From positions 32,001-96,000 of the IMG/VR virus record IMGVR_UViG_3300031521_000011: DNA of 64,000 nucleotides. One strand, 5' to 3'. The first letter of the stretch is position 1; every line of letters starts with the position of its first letter. Source of the DNA: a virus. This document shows, one piece after another, positions 1 through 8,870 of this stretch. The notes below the pieces were generated by a model that saw nothing but the letters and a program-made list of their open reading frames with translations, did not search any database and had not been told where the DNA came from. The position numbers and the translations under genes were made by a program.

Positions 1-224
1 GCTCGTTTGTCTGGATCAACAAGATCACGCACATTTTCCATCCCAATAATATCTCCGATAACCTTGGTGATGACGATGTATGGTGTATGACACCAACCTG
101 GCCACTCCCCAGTATCCATCTCAGACCGAGCCTTCGTTATTAAGCCCCAAAGGCCAGGAAACTTGTTGGTGTAGTATTGGATCATACGCCCCGGGGCGGT
201 GTCATTAATGCTCTGCTTCTTCAT
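1..224 (-). CDS. hypothetical protein, 5' part only (runs off the window start)
   Basis: ATG at 224 overlaps the stop of the upstream gene (ATGA); frame reads MKKQSINDTAPGRMIQYYTNKFPGLW... toward the edge. Confidence 0.6.
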   Translation of the reverse strand, partial: MKKQSINDTAPGRMIQYYTNKFPGLWGLITKARSEMDTGEWPGWCHTPYIVITKVIGDIIGMENVRDLVDPDKR

Positions 225-850
225 CTGTCTTCTCCCCATGTTCCCTTATATTCCTCTTTTAGTTCGTTTCTCAATTCTTTAAAGGAGTCAAGTTCCATTT
301 GGGCCCTGCGCTTCTCTGATAATGATAACTGCATGCCCATTGTGTATTCCGTCATCGAACCTGTGTCAAAAGCATTTCTAGGCCTATCAGTAACCGTGTA
401 TCCGTCAGAGGTGAAGCCCTTGTATAAAGGCGTTTCCTTTACTGAAAAATCCTCAGCTCGTAGCCTGTCATTTCTTGCCTTATTGGTGAAATACGGAGTG
501 TATGTTGACATTTTGTTCGTGCGCCATTTCCTCATAACATCATAGCGTTCGGACTTATTCATCACTACAAAATGATGAACCAAACACTCAATGACTTCAT
601 TTTTACTGAGATCTGAAATGGCTTCATTATTAAGTTGGGTGGCCTTGATTGCATCATCGAAGGCAGCTCCAAGATCAGGTGCAAGGTGAAGCACACACTC
701 AATGTCGTCAGGATGCAACTGACTCTTCATCATTCTGCTTCTTTCAATGGATCTCCTAAAAGCCATACGTCGAAGCAAATTATTGACAGGTATAATAATG
801 AGCCATCCGAAACCCCACGTAACCAGGATGATTATTATTGTCGGATCCAT
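221..850 (-). CDS. hypothetical protein with N-terminal membrane anchor
   Basis: ORF 221..943; likely start MDPTIIIILV at 850 after a GGGGAGGGG RBS; hydrophobic N-terminus. Confidence 0.7.
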   Translation of the reverse strand: MDPTIIIILVTWGFGWLIIIPVNNLLRRMAFRRSIERSRMMKSQLHPDDIECVLHLAPDLGAAFDDAIKATQLNNEAISDLSKNEVIECLVHHFVVMNKSERYDVMRKWRTNKMSTYTPYFTNKARNDRLRAEDFSVKETPLYKGFTSDGYTVTDRPRNAFDTGSMTEYTMGMQLSLSEKRRAQMELDSFKELRNELKEEYKGTWGEDR

Positions 851-877
851 TTCATTCCCCTCCCCTTTTTTGTCATA

Positions 878-912
878 CAAAAAGTAGGGTATAGGCATTG
901 TGCCTATACCCT
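878..912 (-). terminator. intrinsic terminator
   Basis: 12-bp stem AGGGTATAGGCA/TGCCTATACCCT followed by a T-run on the minus strand. Confidence 0.7.
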
Positions 913-918
913 TATCTC

Positions 919-1410
919 CTACATCATATTGAGCGCCGTCCATCTTTTCGATAAGTCCTCGTAAGAGATGTCATCTATGACATATGGCTTGAGCAGATCT
1001 ATCATGATATCCTTAACCTGCTCTGGCGTGTGCCAGTAATCGAATTTATTGCCTTTTTTCCTCACCAACCACATCAACCATTGATCGTGATCATCCTGAT
1101 CGATCACGAGCCTGCAGCCTTCAGGCAGGAGCTTATGGAAGGCCCTCAGCAGTTCATCATTACTGACAAAATGATCAGCCATCCACCACCCTATAAACTT
1201 ATAGGGCACATACTGATTATGCTTCACGAATGCATTGTTTAGTATAGGCTCAAGCTTCGCTGGGCTGAGAAGCCAATTCCCAGAAGGCTCATCATTGAGG
1301 TTAATTCCGAACCCCTTCCAATCCTGGTGTGGGTGCCGTGGTTCGATCTTAAAGACCTTGTTGAAGGTGTTCTTTACCCTCAATATGAAAAGCCTAATTG
1401 TTAGTTTCAT
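919..1410 (-). CDS. hypothetical protein
   Basis: 163-aa ORF with AAGGAAGGA RBS, packed in an operon. Confidence 0.7.
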   Translation of the reverse strand: MKLTIRLFILRVKNTFNKVFKIEPRHPHQDWKGFGINLNDEPSGNWLLSPAKLEPILNNAFVKHNQYVPYKFIGWWMADHFVSNDELLRAFHKLLPEGCRLVIDQDDHDQWLMWLVRKKGNKFDYWHTPEQVKDIMIDLLKPYVIDDISYEDLSKRWTALNMM

Positions 1411-1840
1411 GTTTATCCTTCCTTCCTTTTGAATATTGTTTATAGAGCTCCATTACCTTTATCATGGCCGGATGATCATCAGGTAGGTCAACGCTTTCCG
1501 CAACCTTGAAGAGAGCAATACTTGCCATGATGATCCTCACGCTCCAGAATATGACCATCAAGCTGGTGGGCTTGTAAATCATTCTGAACCATCCTCGAAC
1601 CATTGTGCACAAGTTGTTAAATATTACCCTCTGGATCTTTGGATCTTTAGAAGCCAATGACACTGCCATCATGCTCATAAGGAATTCCTGATTGAGCTTT
1701 ATTCTCCGAGCACCTTCTTTGCGCCCTTTTGATTCCAAATCAAGAGCGATCACTTTGATCGCATAGTCCAGGTCATCCAGGTGGCCTTGTTTCAAAAACC
1801 GAAGCTCTCTGTGGATTTCATAGTCTTCCAAGTCATTCAT
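1394..1840 (-). CDS. hypothetical protein
   Basis: 148-aa ORF with GGAGGGG RBS just downstream of the phage promoter motif. Confidence 0.75.
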   Translation of the reverse strand: MNDLEDYEIHRELRFLKQGHLDDLDYAIKVIALDLESKGRKEGARRIKLNQEFLMSMMAVSLASKDPKIQRVIFNNLCTMVRGWFRMIYKPTSLMVIFWSVRIIMASIALFKVAESVDLPDDHPAMIKVMELYKQYSKGRKDKHETNN

Positions 1841-1858
1841 GGTATCCCCTCCAGTGTG

Positions 1859-1873
1859 TTTTATTACTTATAC
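1859..1873 (-). promoter_or_regulatory. phage-specific (putative early) promoter GTATAAGTAATAAAA
   Basis: exact consensus copy between a terminator and an RBS; one of about 17 copies, all on the minus strand. Confidence 0.8.
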
Positions 1874-1876
1874 GGC

Positions 1877-1913
1877 AAAAAAAAGAAATAGGGAGTCGAT
1901 AATATCGACTCCC
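1877..1913 (-). terminator. intrinsic terminator
   Basis: GGGAGTCGAT/ATCGACTCCC stem plus T-tract. Confidence 0.75.
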
Positions 1914-1918
1914 TTCTG

Positions 1919-2428
1919 TCATAAATCGTCAGGGTGTTTGATGCCTAACATTTCACATGCTTTGCGCAGCGCCGGGCGGCCATACTGCGGATACAGTGAG
2001 TCGTCGTTGAGTACTTCCGCGACATCTGGCCTATCCAGGCATTTCATCCAAGCTGAGAGCTTGGAGATGCTTCTGCCGGCAGACAACCCTCGCTGGTCAA
2101 ATGCCTTCATCCAGGCAAATACCATATAATCCAAGAAATCTTGGACTGCCTCTTTGACATCTGTAACCTGTGTCCAGGTCTTCTTTCCAGCCAGAACTTC
2201 GGCAACGTAGTCGGCGTCAAGGTGTGGACTGGCGTCATCGAATGATACAAAATTAGCTGCGACCTCAAAACCAAACCCAAACACATCATGCGTGTCTTCC
2301 ATGCATGCCTTCGCGGCCTCAAGGTTGATTGAAAGTTTATTGTTGGCAATGAACTCATCATTTACCGGGATACGCGGCTCATCTCCGTCAGGGCACTTCC
2401 TCATGTATTCCACAGCATTATCCTCCAA
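1919..2428 (-). CDS. hypothetical protein
   Basis: 169-aa ORF in a minus-strand operon. Confidence 0.65.
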   Translation of the reverse strand: MEDNAVEYMRKCPDGDEPRIPVNDEFIANNKLSINLEAAKACMEDTHDVFGFGFEVAANFVSFDDASPHLDADYVAEVLAGKKTWTQVTDVKEAVQDFLDYMVFAWMKAFDQRGLSAGRSISKLSAWMKCLDRPDVAEVLNDDSLYPQYGRPALRKACEMLGIKHPDDL

Positions 2429-2436
2429 GATTTATT

Positions 2437-2622
2437 TTACCGAATTTCCTTCAGGAAGCCTTCCAGTTTATCCAGACTTTCTAGCACCTCTGGTAGCACC
2501 AGAAATATTCCGGCCGCCAGCATACCGATGCCCAGGCTACTGATTGCTAAAACCTCGCACCCCTTTCTGACAGGGGATACCCTCGTTATGGGTGCAATCT
2601 TCCGTTTGATCTTTAATGGCAT
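2437..2622 (-). CDS. small membrane protein
   Basis: 61 aa, GGAGGT RBS, one hydrophobic helix. Confidence 0.6.
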   Translation of the reverse strand: MPLKIKRKIAPITRVSPVRKGCEVLAISSLGIGMLAAGIFLVLPEVLESLDKLEGFLKEIR

Positions 2623-2638
2623 TTCGCTTACCTCCTGC

Positions 2639-2731
2639 TTATTTTCCCAACTTAATGGCGCCGGTTAATAATGACTGAGCCAGAACCAGAATGGCCACAA
2701 GGGCGATGTCCTTATTCTTACTATTGCTCAC
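2639..2731 (-). CDS. 30-aa hydrophobic peptide MSNSKNKDIALVAILVLAQSLLTGAIKLGK (not in the ORF track)
   Basis: GAGGAGGT RBS, GTG start, directly downstream of the promoter motif at 2755. Confidence 0.6.
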   Translation of the reverse strand: MSNSKNKDIALVAILVLAQSLLTGAIKLGK

Positions 2732-2754
2732 AGTTACTCACCTCCTCATTATTT

Positions 2755-2769
2755 TTTTATTGTTTATAC
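2755..2769 (-). promoter_or_regulatory. phage promoter motif variant GTATAAACAATAAAA
   Basis: near-consensus copy upstream of an RBS. Confidence 0.55.
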
Positions 2770-3060
2770 GGGCATATTGGCATTTTCCCACGATATAGAA
2801 AGTATCATCTTTCCTATATTGCCAAGAATTTTATTCTCAAGTGTATAACCCGCCTGTTCCAGGGTTCTTTGGACAGATTCCATAACCTCAGCAGGAGCAT
2901 CATTAAAGTCATGGCCCGTGGAAGTTTCACCATGCTCCGTTGCGTACCAAATCCTATTTCTGATTATCTCAAGATTTACTGAGATACTCTGCTCTTCTTT
3001 GGTGAGCGTGCGACCCTTATTTTTAAGGGATAACTCAAGTGCCGATTGCGCTGTTATCAT
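2764..3060 (-). CDS. hypothetical protein
   Basis: ORF 2764..3087; likely start MITAQ at 3060. Confidence 0.65.
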   Translation of the reverse strand: MITAQSALELSLKNKGRTLTKEEQSISVNLEIIRNRIWYATEHGETSTGHDFNDAPAEVMESVQRTLEQAGYTLENKILGNIGKMILSISWENANMPV

Positions 3061-3062
3061 GG

Positions 3063-3410
3063 CTATACCTGCGTGAGTGCGCGGCACCCGATGATATGCC
3101 CATCTGCATCCCGGACTACGTCATCCGGAACATACAAGTCTTCCGTGCGACCATTAAGCTTGGCGGCCTGGGCGCAGACGAGGCTCACAATGTAAGCTAC
3201 GCCCTCTTTGGGTTCGGGGAGGTCCTGCAATTCGCCGAAAACCGTGCTATTGACAGGCATTCCATTGACATACCCAACCAGTTCCCGGGTTACAGTAACC
3301 CGGGCCGTTGGAAGCACGGCCCGGATTGCGCAGATAAATTCGTTTCCGCGATCCAGGATATTGACCGGGTGAGGCGTGAGGTTGATAAGAGCGACGTCAC
3401 GATTGAACAT
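3063..3410 (-). CDS. conserved phage hypothetical protein (INLTPH...VRD..G.IIGC family)
   Basis: GGAGGAG RBS; motif pattern resembles a recurrent phage protein family of unknown function. Confidence 0.75.
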   Translation of the reverse strand: MFNRDVALINLTPHPVNILDRGNEFICAIRAVLPTARVTVTRELVGYVNGMPVNSTVFGELQDLPEPKEGVAYIVSLVCAQAAKLNGRTEDLYVPDDVVRDADGHIIGCRALTQV

Positions 3411-3430
3411 TTGATTCTCCTCCAGTGCAT

Positions 3431-3445
3431 TTTTATTACTTATAC
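3431..3445 (-). promoter_or_regulatory. phage promoter GTATAAGTAATAAAA
   Basis: exact consensus, downstream of the terminator at 3459-3483. Confidence 0.8.
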
Positions 3446-3481
3446 GGAGTATATAGTGAAAAAAAGAGGGGCATTTAGCCC

Positions 3482-3799
3482 CTAATAATCGTAGCGGGAT
3501 CTGCGAAGTGCCCGCGTAATCCCCATCAACTCAGAAACCGCCTCCGAGCCTTTGATGAGCTTCTTGATATCCTCATCACTCCGGCCGGATATCTTGAGCG
3601 TCTGCTCGTACTTTTCTTTCAGTACTTCCAGCTCTTGATTGAGCTTCACATTTTCCGCATTGGATACGGTAACTTCGCGTGACAATGCTTCAATGACATT
3701 CTGTTGAGACGCAGTCTTGTGATTGAACTCAGCGCGGAGCTTTTGCATGCGTTTTTCACATTCGGCGTTGATGTCTTTGTTCTTGATATCTTTTCCCAT
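3482..3799 (-). CDS. coiled-coil hypothetical protein
   Basis: start MGKDIK at 3799 after AAGGAGGG RBS and promoter motif; single-gene cassette. Confidence 0.75.
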   Translation of the reverse strand: MGKDIKNKDINAECEKRMQKLRAEFNHKTASQQNVIEALSREVTVSNAENVKLNQELEVLKEKYEQTLKISGRSDEDIKKLIKGSEAVSELMGITRALRRSRYDY

Positions 3800-3816
3800 A
3801 GCGCCCTCCTTGAATA

Positions 3817-3831
3817 TTTTATTACTTATAC
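3817..3831 (-). promoter_or_regulatory. phage promoter GTATAAGTAATAAAA
   Basis: exact consensus, downstream of the terminator at 3846-3870. Confidence 0.8.
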
Positions 3832-3881
3832 TGAATATATGGCTAAAAAAGGGGCGGCTCTGTGCCGCCCATGCGTTAGAA

Positions 3882-4250
3882 TTATTCGTACCCACTACCT
3901 GGCAACAACGGAACCTCATAGGATTCACTCACGAGAAATGTGCCATTTGCGAGCCCTCCCCTTGCATGAAGCTTTCTTGCACATATTTCCATGAACTCAG
4001 TTGGTGAGATGAGCATGACATCAAGAATGGCATCGATCACTGTAACGAGATCGCACAGCTCTATTACCTTCTTGCTGTCATCCTTTTCTCTGTAATATTC
4101 CAGCAGCTCTTCCATGAGTTTCTTGTCAAGCTGCTCCCGATAAGAGGCGTCGTCGAGCGTTATAAAGACACCGTCTCTTTTTTCATCCTTTAACACTTGA
4201 GGTAAATGATCACGGACGAGTTTTCCGTAAACCCTTGTTTTAATTGGCAT
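3882..4250 (-). CDS. MazG-like / phosphoribosyl-ATP pyrophosphohydrolase-family NTP pyrophosphatase
   Basis: KLVRD, KLMEELLEY and ELCDLVTV (EExxE...ExxD) motifs. Confidence 0.8.
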   Translation of the reverse strand: MPIKTRVYGKLVRDHLPQVLKDEKRDGVFITLDDASYREQLDKKLMEELLEYYREKDDSKKVIELCDLVTVIDAILDVMLISPTEFMEICARKLHARGGLANGTFLVSESYEVPLLPGSGYE

Positions 4251-4265
4251 TTTTAAATCCTCCTT

Positions 4266-4757
4266 TTATTTTATAAAGAACGCCAGCGCCAGCAGCGTCA
4301 GTTCATGGAGCCTGTGGTCGATGCCGATGTGCATGAACCAGAAGTGCGGATCTTCCTCAATCTGCTCTTTGGTCATGCCTTTTAGCTTCAGTATCCACTT
4401 CACAGGGATTCTGGTATCAATGAATGCATGTGTAACGAATAGATAGAGAAATATGAGGTAATAGTATGGAATCTGAATGATCAGCGTGTTCATAAGGAAC
4501 ATTGTAATAATGCTTGTAGCGCCGGCGTATATTAGGGAATGACTGACAAGGGCTAGAATACTATTCGATATAGATGGCATCTCCGTTTCAACTTTAAGGG
4601 CGCGGATCGGAAAACCAGGTCCTACCGGCCATTGAGTAATCTTCTTTCGAGGCCCCCAGAAACTCTTGTTGGCCGCCTGCCATTGATCCTGAAACACCCA
4701 ATCGACAAACGTGCCAATTATGAACGTGATGATGAAGAATTTGACATTGAGCTCCAT
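4266..4757 (-). CDS. DUF3307-like membrane protein
   Basis: DWVFQ..WQA.NK, HSLIY, THAFID and DHRLH motifs; several TM helices. Confidence 0.7.
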   Translation of the reverse strand: MELNVKFFIITFIIGTFVDWVFQDQWQAANKSFWGPRKKITQWPVGPGFPIRALKVETEMPSISNSILALVSHSLIYAGATSIITMFLMNTLIIQIPYYYLIFLYLFVTHAFIDTRIPVKWILKLKGMTKEQIEEDPHFWFMHIGIDHRLHELTLLALAFFIK

Positions 4758-5263
4758 TTAATCATTACCTCCAATACTTCATGTGTGACATAGTTTGCCA
4801 TGAAAGAGTGATCACGATGGGTGAATACTTCATTTGCCATCGTAGATGAAATCACTGGAAACCGTGACCTGATATACACTGTTTCCATGCTCGACCAGAG
4901 TTTCCGGTTTGCTTCAGCGAGGATTTCCTCCTGCATGAAGTCGTTGACATTGCGAATCCCGCGAACGAGGTAGTCAATGCGATCATCGTGAACGAGGCTA
5001 AAGTTGTGAGCGGCGTCAACAGTGAATTGCTTCGATTCTATGAAGATAATCCTATCTTCATAGTCATGGTGCAGAAACATATTCTTTGCGGCAGCCATCA
5101 TCTCGTGCATATTATACTTGCGCTGCTTGGTAGGATTGATGGCGAAAAGGACATACACCCTGTCGAACAGGTCCAGCGCCTGTTCGACAATATCTGTGTG
5201 TCCGTGGGTCCAGGGATCAAATGTGCCGGCGTAGATGGCATTACATATCCTTCTTTGGCTCAT
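4718..5263 (-). CDS. coaD: phosphopantetheine adenylyltransferase
   Basis: AIYAGTFDPWTHGH (HxGH), LVRGIRNVNDFMQE and ISST motifs; start at 5263 after GGAGG. Confidence 0.85.
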   Translation of the reverse strand: MSQRRICNAIYAGTFDPWTHGHTDIVEQALDLFDRVYVLFAINPTKQRKYNMHEMMAAAKNMFLHHDYEDRIIFIESKQFTVDAAHNFSLVHDDRIDYLVRGIRNVNDFMQEEILAEANRKLWSSMETVYIRSRFPVISSTMANEVFTHRDHSFMANYVTHEVLEVMIKWSSMSNSSSSRS

Positions 5264-5492
5264 TGGCATCCTCCGCCGGCGCTGCCGGCAACTCCTCATA
5301 CCTCTTCCCACATATCGGGCAGAAGGTGTGTAAGATGTGAAATGTCCTAGGCTTCTTCGCTCCGGGCATCGTAACACTTACATCTGAGAAGATCTTACCT
5401 GACAACAGCTCCATATTATCGAAGCTTACCTTTTCACAGCCAGGGAATTTCTCCCTGGTCTTACTGAGCATTTCCTTGATGCAGTTGCACAT
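5241..5492 (-). CDS. small Cys-rich (Zn-binding) protein
   Basis: MCNC...FCPICG. Confidence 0.65.
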   Translation of the reverse strand: MCNCIKEMLSKTREKFPGCEKVSFDNMELLSGKIFSDVSVTMPGAKKPRTFHILHTFCPICGKRYEELPAAPAEDANEPKKDM

Positions 5493-5742
5493 TGCTTTTC
5501 TCTCCCATTCTTTCAGATAAGTCCATGTAGTGCATGCCATTGATTCTCAACGGCGACAACAGATCCATGATGGCCTTTTCAAGATCTTTCTTAAGGTAAC
5601 CGACGCTTTCGTTAGTGTATTTTGTCGGGTCATTTAGCGTCTCAAGTAGCAACTGCAGTGCAAATGCATCGCAACTTGGTCCGCCATCCTTTTGAGTGAA
5701 AACGATATTTGCAACCCCGGCCGCAATCTCTTTATTTGTCAT
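5461..5742 (-). CDS. hypothetical protein
   Basis: start MTNKEIA after AAGGAGGG. Confidence 0.65.
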   Translation of the reverse strand: MTNKEIAAGVANIVFTQKDGGPSCDAFALQLLLETLNDPTKYTNESVGYLKKDLEKAIMDLLSPLRINGMHYMDLSERMGEKSNVQLHQGNAQ

Positions 5743-5872
5743 TGGTGCCCTCCTTACGCCGAATCTTGAATACGCAGCATGGCAGTGGGCAGATGTACAA
5801 CACTTGCTTTCCTTTGTCGTAGAACCAACCAACCCAGAAGTCATACCATGCGAAGAAAAAGGATACTCTCAT
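5732..5872 (-). CDS. 46-aa aromatic/Cys-rich peptide MRVSFFFAWYDFWVGWFYDKGKQVLYICPLPCCVFKIRRKEGTNDK (not in the ORF track)
   Basis: AAGGAG RBS; fills the gap between adjacent genes. Confidence 0.65.
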   Translation of the reverse strand: MRVSFFFAWYDFWVGWFYDKGKQVLYICPLPCCVFKIRRKEGTNDK

Positions 5873-5876
5873 GGCC

Positions 5877-6257
5877 TTACTCCTTCTTATTCTCGTCCTC
5901 GTATGCGGCGAACATCCTACGGACCATCTCTCCGCCGATGCTACCCTGTGTTGGTGATTGGCTTAGTTCGTAGCGGTAGGCTCCCTGACGGACCCTATCC
6001 TTTTGCGCCTGGATCAGTGTCGGATTACTGGTACCATACTCGCGCTCGTTTGCGATTTTAATGAGGCCAATCAGGTCGATTCCCTCAAGGATTTCATCCA
6101 GATCGTCGTCGCCGGTCTCCGCCTCATCTGGGTCCTGAGAATATGAACCATCTGGATTTCTCGTAACAGAGATTGTAAGGTCTGGATCCTGACCATCCCT
6201 TAAAGTCAGGATTGCTTTGTCCTCATCGACGTCGACAGTAACGTTGATCTTACTCAT
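5877..6257 (-). CDS. hypothetical acidic protein
   Basis: 126-aa ORF, GAGGAGG RBS, ATGA overlap. Confidence 0.7.
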   Translation of the reverse strand: MSKINVTVDVDEDKAILTLRDGQDPDLTISVTRNPDGSYSQDPDEAETGDDDLDEILEGIDLIGLIKIANEREYGTSNPTLIQAQKDRVRQGAYRYELSQSPTQGSIGGEMVRRMFAAYEDENKKE

Positions 6258-7072
6258 TGCATCATCCTCCTCATTGCTTGCAGTATTTCTTTTGCATTGG
6301 CGTCATCAATTTCGCGGAGGGTGCTTCTCATCTTCTCTAGAGTGGCGAGAGCAATGTCGGCAGGGCTCTCCTGTTGGTCCTCAGGGACTGCCAATGATTC
6401 AAGGACGATCTTTTCAACTTTTCCATCAGCATTGATGGCCACTGGGTCGCCCGGCTTTAAATCACAATCTACATTCACCTTAAGCACCCGCATGAAATCA
6501 TTTCCCTGATGCACCAGGGCAACTTGGGGTTGCTTAGTGCGCCAATCCCTGATCTTCTTTGCAATGTCGCAACCATCAAAGTCAGGACAATTACCGAAAT
6601 AATCATCATAGTGGTCATCCTTACATCTTTCGCAAGCAACATCACATGGCTTTGGATCGTCAAATAAACCATTCACGGGTATTGTATGGTGATACGCTGA
6701 CGGAGTTTTTCCCATCAGATGAGATATCATATGATCCCCCGGTCCCATATGGGATACCATAAATGGAATGCCAGGATCTCCAACTTTGGATGCTGATACC
6801 GCCGTATATAGGTTGGCATTCTTTGTTGGTTTGTCAAATTGCAGCACTGGCAACTTGAGTATCTCTGAGGTTGTAGTTGGTTCATCAGGCGTTATGGTAA
6901 CATTCCTGAGTTTGACCAGCATCTCCGCTATCGCCAAGGCTAAATCTTGCATGAACAAATCTAGATTATTCCCAGGCAGCGGAAGGGTGTACCAATGAAA
7001 ATCAGGGAGCCCTATGAGCTCCCTGATTTTATTAATATTCTCAAATGTATCCATACATATTTTACTATCCAA
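6254..7072 (-). CDS. hypothetical protein with Cys cluster
   Basis: 272 aa; CxxxCxxC...CxxxxxC. Confidence 0.7.
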   Translation of the reverse strand: MDSKICMDTFENINKIRELIGLPDFHWYTLPLPGNNLDLFMQDLALAIAEMLVKLRNVTITPDEPTTTSEILKLPVLQFDKPTKNANLYTAVSASKVGDPGIPFMVSHMGPGDHMISHLMGKTPSAYHHTIPVNGLFDDPKPCDVACERCKDDHYDDYFGNCPDFDGCDIAKKIRDWRTKQPQVALVHQGNDFMRVLKVNVDCDLKPGDPVAINADGKVEKIVLESLAVPEDQQESPADIALATLEKMRSTLREIDDANAKEILQAMRRMMQ

Positions 7073-7691
7073 TAATATCCTCCAATCCTTCCACTAGGGG
7101 TTTGACGTCAACATAGTAACCAATAGTTACTATGTTGAGTATGAGATCTTTGATCTCATCACCCATTTTTAATAGGTTATCCTGGTCGATAGTCTTTGCG
7201 GCGTAGTTGCGACTTATCGCATCCATCTTCCCTGAGAAGTCCATGAATTCCTGGTGGAAATTAGGATGCGATAGTACGCCATACACATGCAGTTCCATTA
7301 TTGGCATATCTGGGCTTACTGAGACGGTTATGTGAAATTCATCAGAACCACTGGAAAGGATATTATAAGCCTTCTTGGCCGCCGGGGTATCCTCATCTTC
7401 ATCTTCGTCATCGTCAGTCATGCGCAGTTTGCCGGGATCACGGTCTGCGAAGTACGCCATCAGGAGGTCATCCAGAGGGACAATCCACAGAATATGCCTA
7501 TGTATTGCGGATAAAAAATCGAAATCATCCGGATTCGATTTTGTGAACTGTTCGCAAGCAAGTCCGTCTGCCTGCAGCTTTATTCCGTACCGGAACCGCT
7601 GTTCTTTGTACGAACCCTCAATGACAGCCGTCTTCTTAAGCTCGTCAATCTGCACTTTAAATGCAAAATTGGTTGGGTTTTTTCTTCCCAT
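7065..7691 (-). CDS. hypothetical protein
   Basis: 208-aa ORF coupled to its neighbours. Confidence 0.7.
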   Translation of the reverse strand: MGRKNPTNFAFKVQIDELKKTAVIEGSYKEQRFRYGIKLQADGLACEQFTKSNPDDFDFLSAIHRHILWIVPLDDLLMAYFADRDPGKLRMTDDDEDEDEDTPAAKKAYNILSSGSDEFHITVSVSPDMPIMELHVYGVLSHPNFHQEFMDFSGKMDAISRNYAAKTIDQDNLLKMGDEIKDLILNIVTIGYYVDVKPLVEGLEDIIG

Positions 7692-8032
7692 TACTCATCT
7701 TCCTCCAGCATTTCGATTTCAATCTCCTGCTCTTCGACTTCATCCCCGAAGCGACGGCAGTTCCATCCATCGACCACATCATTATCATCGATGCTCTCGC
7801 AGATATCAATAAGGTCACCGATTTCCCTAAAGATGTCCTCCATCTTTTCGGCCTCTTCATCAGTTAGAAATTTCATATCATCAATATGTGTGCCGGTGCC
7901 GTACAAGGCAGGATGAATTTTGTCGCTAGGTGTGGATTTTCTCCATCCCCATTCTGTATCATTTCCTCTAATATTGGCCTTAACGACAACTTTTTCCTCA
8001 TCAGCCTCTATGGTCATTGTGATTTTAGCCAT
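7691..8032 (-). CDS. hypothetical acidic protein
   Basis: 113-aa ORF, AAGGAG RBS. Confidence 0.7.
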   Translation of the reverse strand: MAKITMTIEADEEKVVVKANIRGNDTEWGWRKSTPSDKIHPALYGTGTHIDDMKFLTDEEAEKMEDIFREIGDLIDICESIDDNDVVDGWNCRRFGDEVEEQEIEIEMLEEDE

Positions 8033-8508
8033 TTTGTTTCTCCTTCATACACCACTTCACCATTGTTGAATTTAACATCAAAGTCTGGCCAGAATTTATT
8101 GAGCGCTATGAGTGTAGGTGGAAAAATATTGCCATCGGTAGTTGTCATAATTTGTGTTGGCGTCATCCAGGTTAACCCACGCATTTCTTTGTCATGATCT
8201 GTGAGATATACCTTATCCGGGGATGCGCCGGCGTTATATTTAAAGATGACGGATCGAACTGGCTGCATTATGCCATGAATCCTAGCAATGCATAAAATTG
8301 CTCCACAGAGCTCCATATCTTTTTCATAGATAATGATTCCGAATTCCTCACGCGCCTCACGAACTGCTGTCTCAAGAAAGGTCTCACCCGGGTCAACCTT
8401 GCCTCCAGCAATAGCCCATCCCTGCCCATCGCTTCTTTCACCCATAAGAATTTTACCACCGGAATGAACAATGATACCGGTGCCGCCTGTGTAAATTTTC
8501 TGTCTCAC
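8014..8508 (-). CDS. Nudix hydrolase
   Basis: Nudix box GGKVDPGETFLETAVREAREEFG. Confidence 0.9.
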   Translation of the reverse strand: MRQKIYTGGTGIIVHSGGKILMGERSDGQGWAIAGGKVDPGETFLETAVREAREEFGIIIYEKDMELCGAILCIARIHGIMQPVRSVIFKYNAGASPDKVYLTDHDKEMRGLTWMTPTQIMTTTDGNIFPPTLIALNKFWPDFDVKFNNGEVVYEGETKWLKSQ

Positions 8509-8744
8509 TCTTCTGTCCCCTTCTTTAATATAGTTTTTTCGCGAAACCTGTTCACAGTAAGGTTTGCTGCCTGTGAGCTTCTATGATACTGAATCGTAGA
8601 TTTGCCGTTGGCTCTGTTGATAAGGGATACCCATGGTAGCACAGCTCCATTGTCCCTGAAGACAAACTTACCAGGTTCTTTGTTCTCAATAAGCTTTCTG
8701 CCAAGTTCAGTGGATATAATCTGAATCTTTTTCATATTGCTCAC
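8505..8744 (-). CDS. hypothetical protein
   Basis: first gene after the promoter motif at 8789. Confidence 0.6.
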   Translation of the reverse strand: MSNMKKIQIISTELGRKLIENKEPGKFVFRDNGAVLPWVSLINRANGKSTIQYHRSSQAANLTVNRFREKTILKKGTEE

Positions 8745-8788
8745 CTCTCGATAAAATTACACTATTATCATATCACAACCTTTCATTG

Positions 8789-8803
8789 TTTTATATCTTA
8801 TAC
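8789..8803 (-). promoter_or_regulatory. phage promoter GTATAAGATATAAAA
   Basis: consensus match heading a long minus-strand operon. Confidence 0.75.
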
Positions 8804-8818
8804 AAATCTTCCATTAAG

Positions 8819-8847
8819 TTGATATATTGGAAGATTTATCTTATAAT
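8819..8847 (+). promoter_or_regulatory. sigmaA/sigma70-type promoter
   Basis: TTGATA-17bp-TATAAT. Confidence 0.75.
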
Positions 8848-8870
8848 AAATAAAAAGGATGGTGAGTGTT

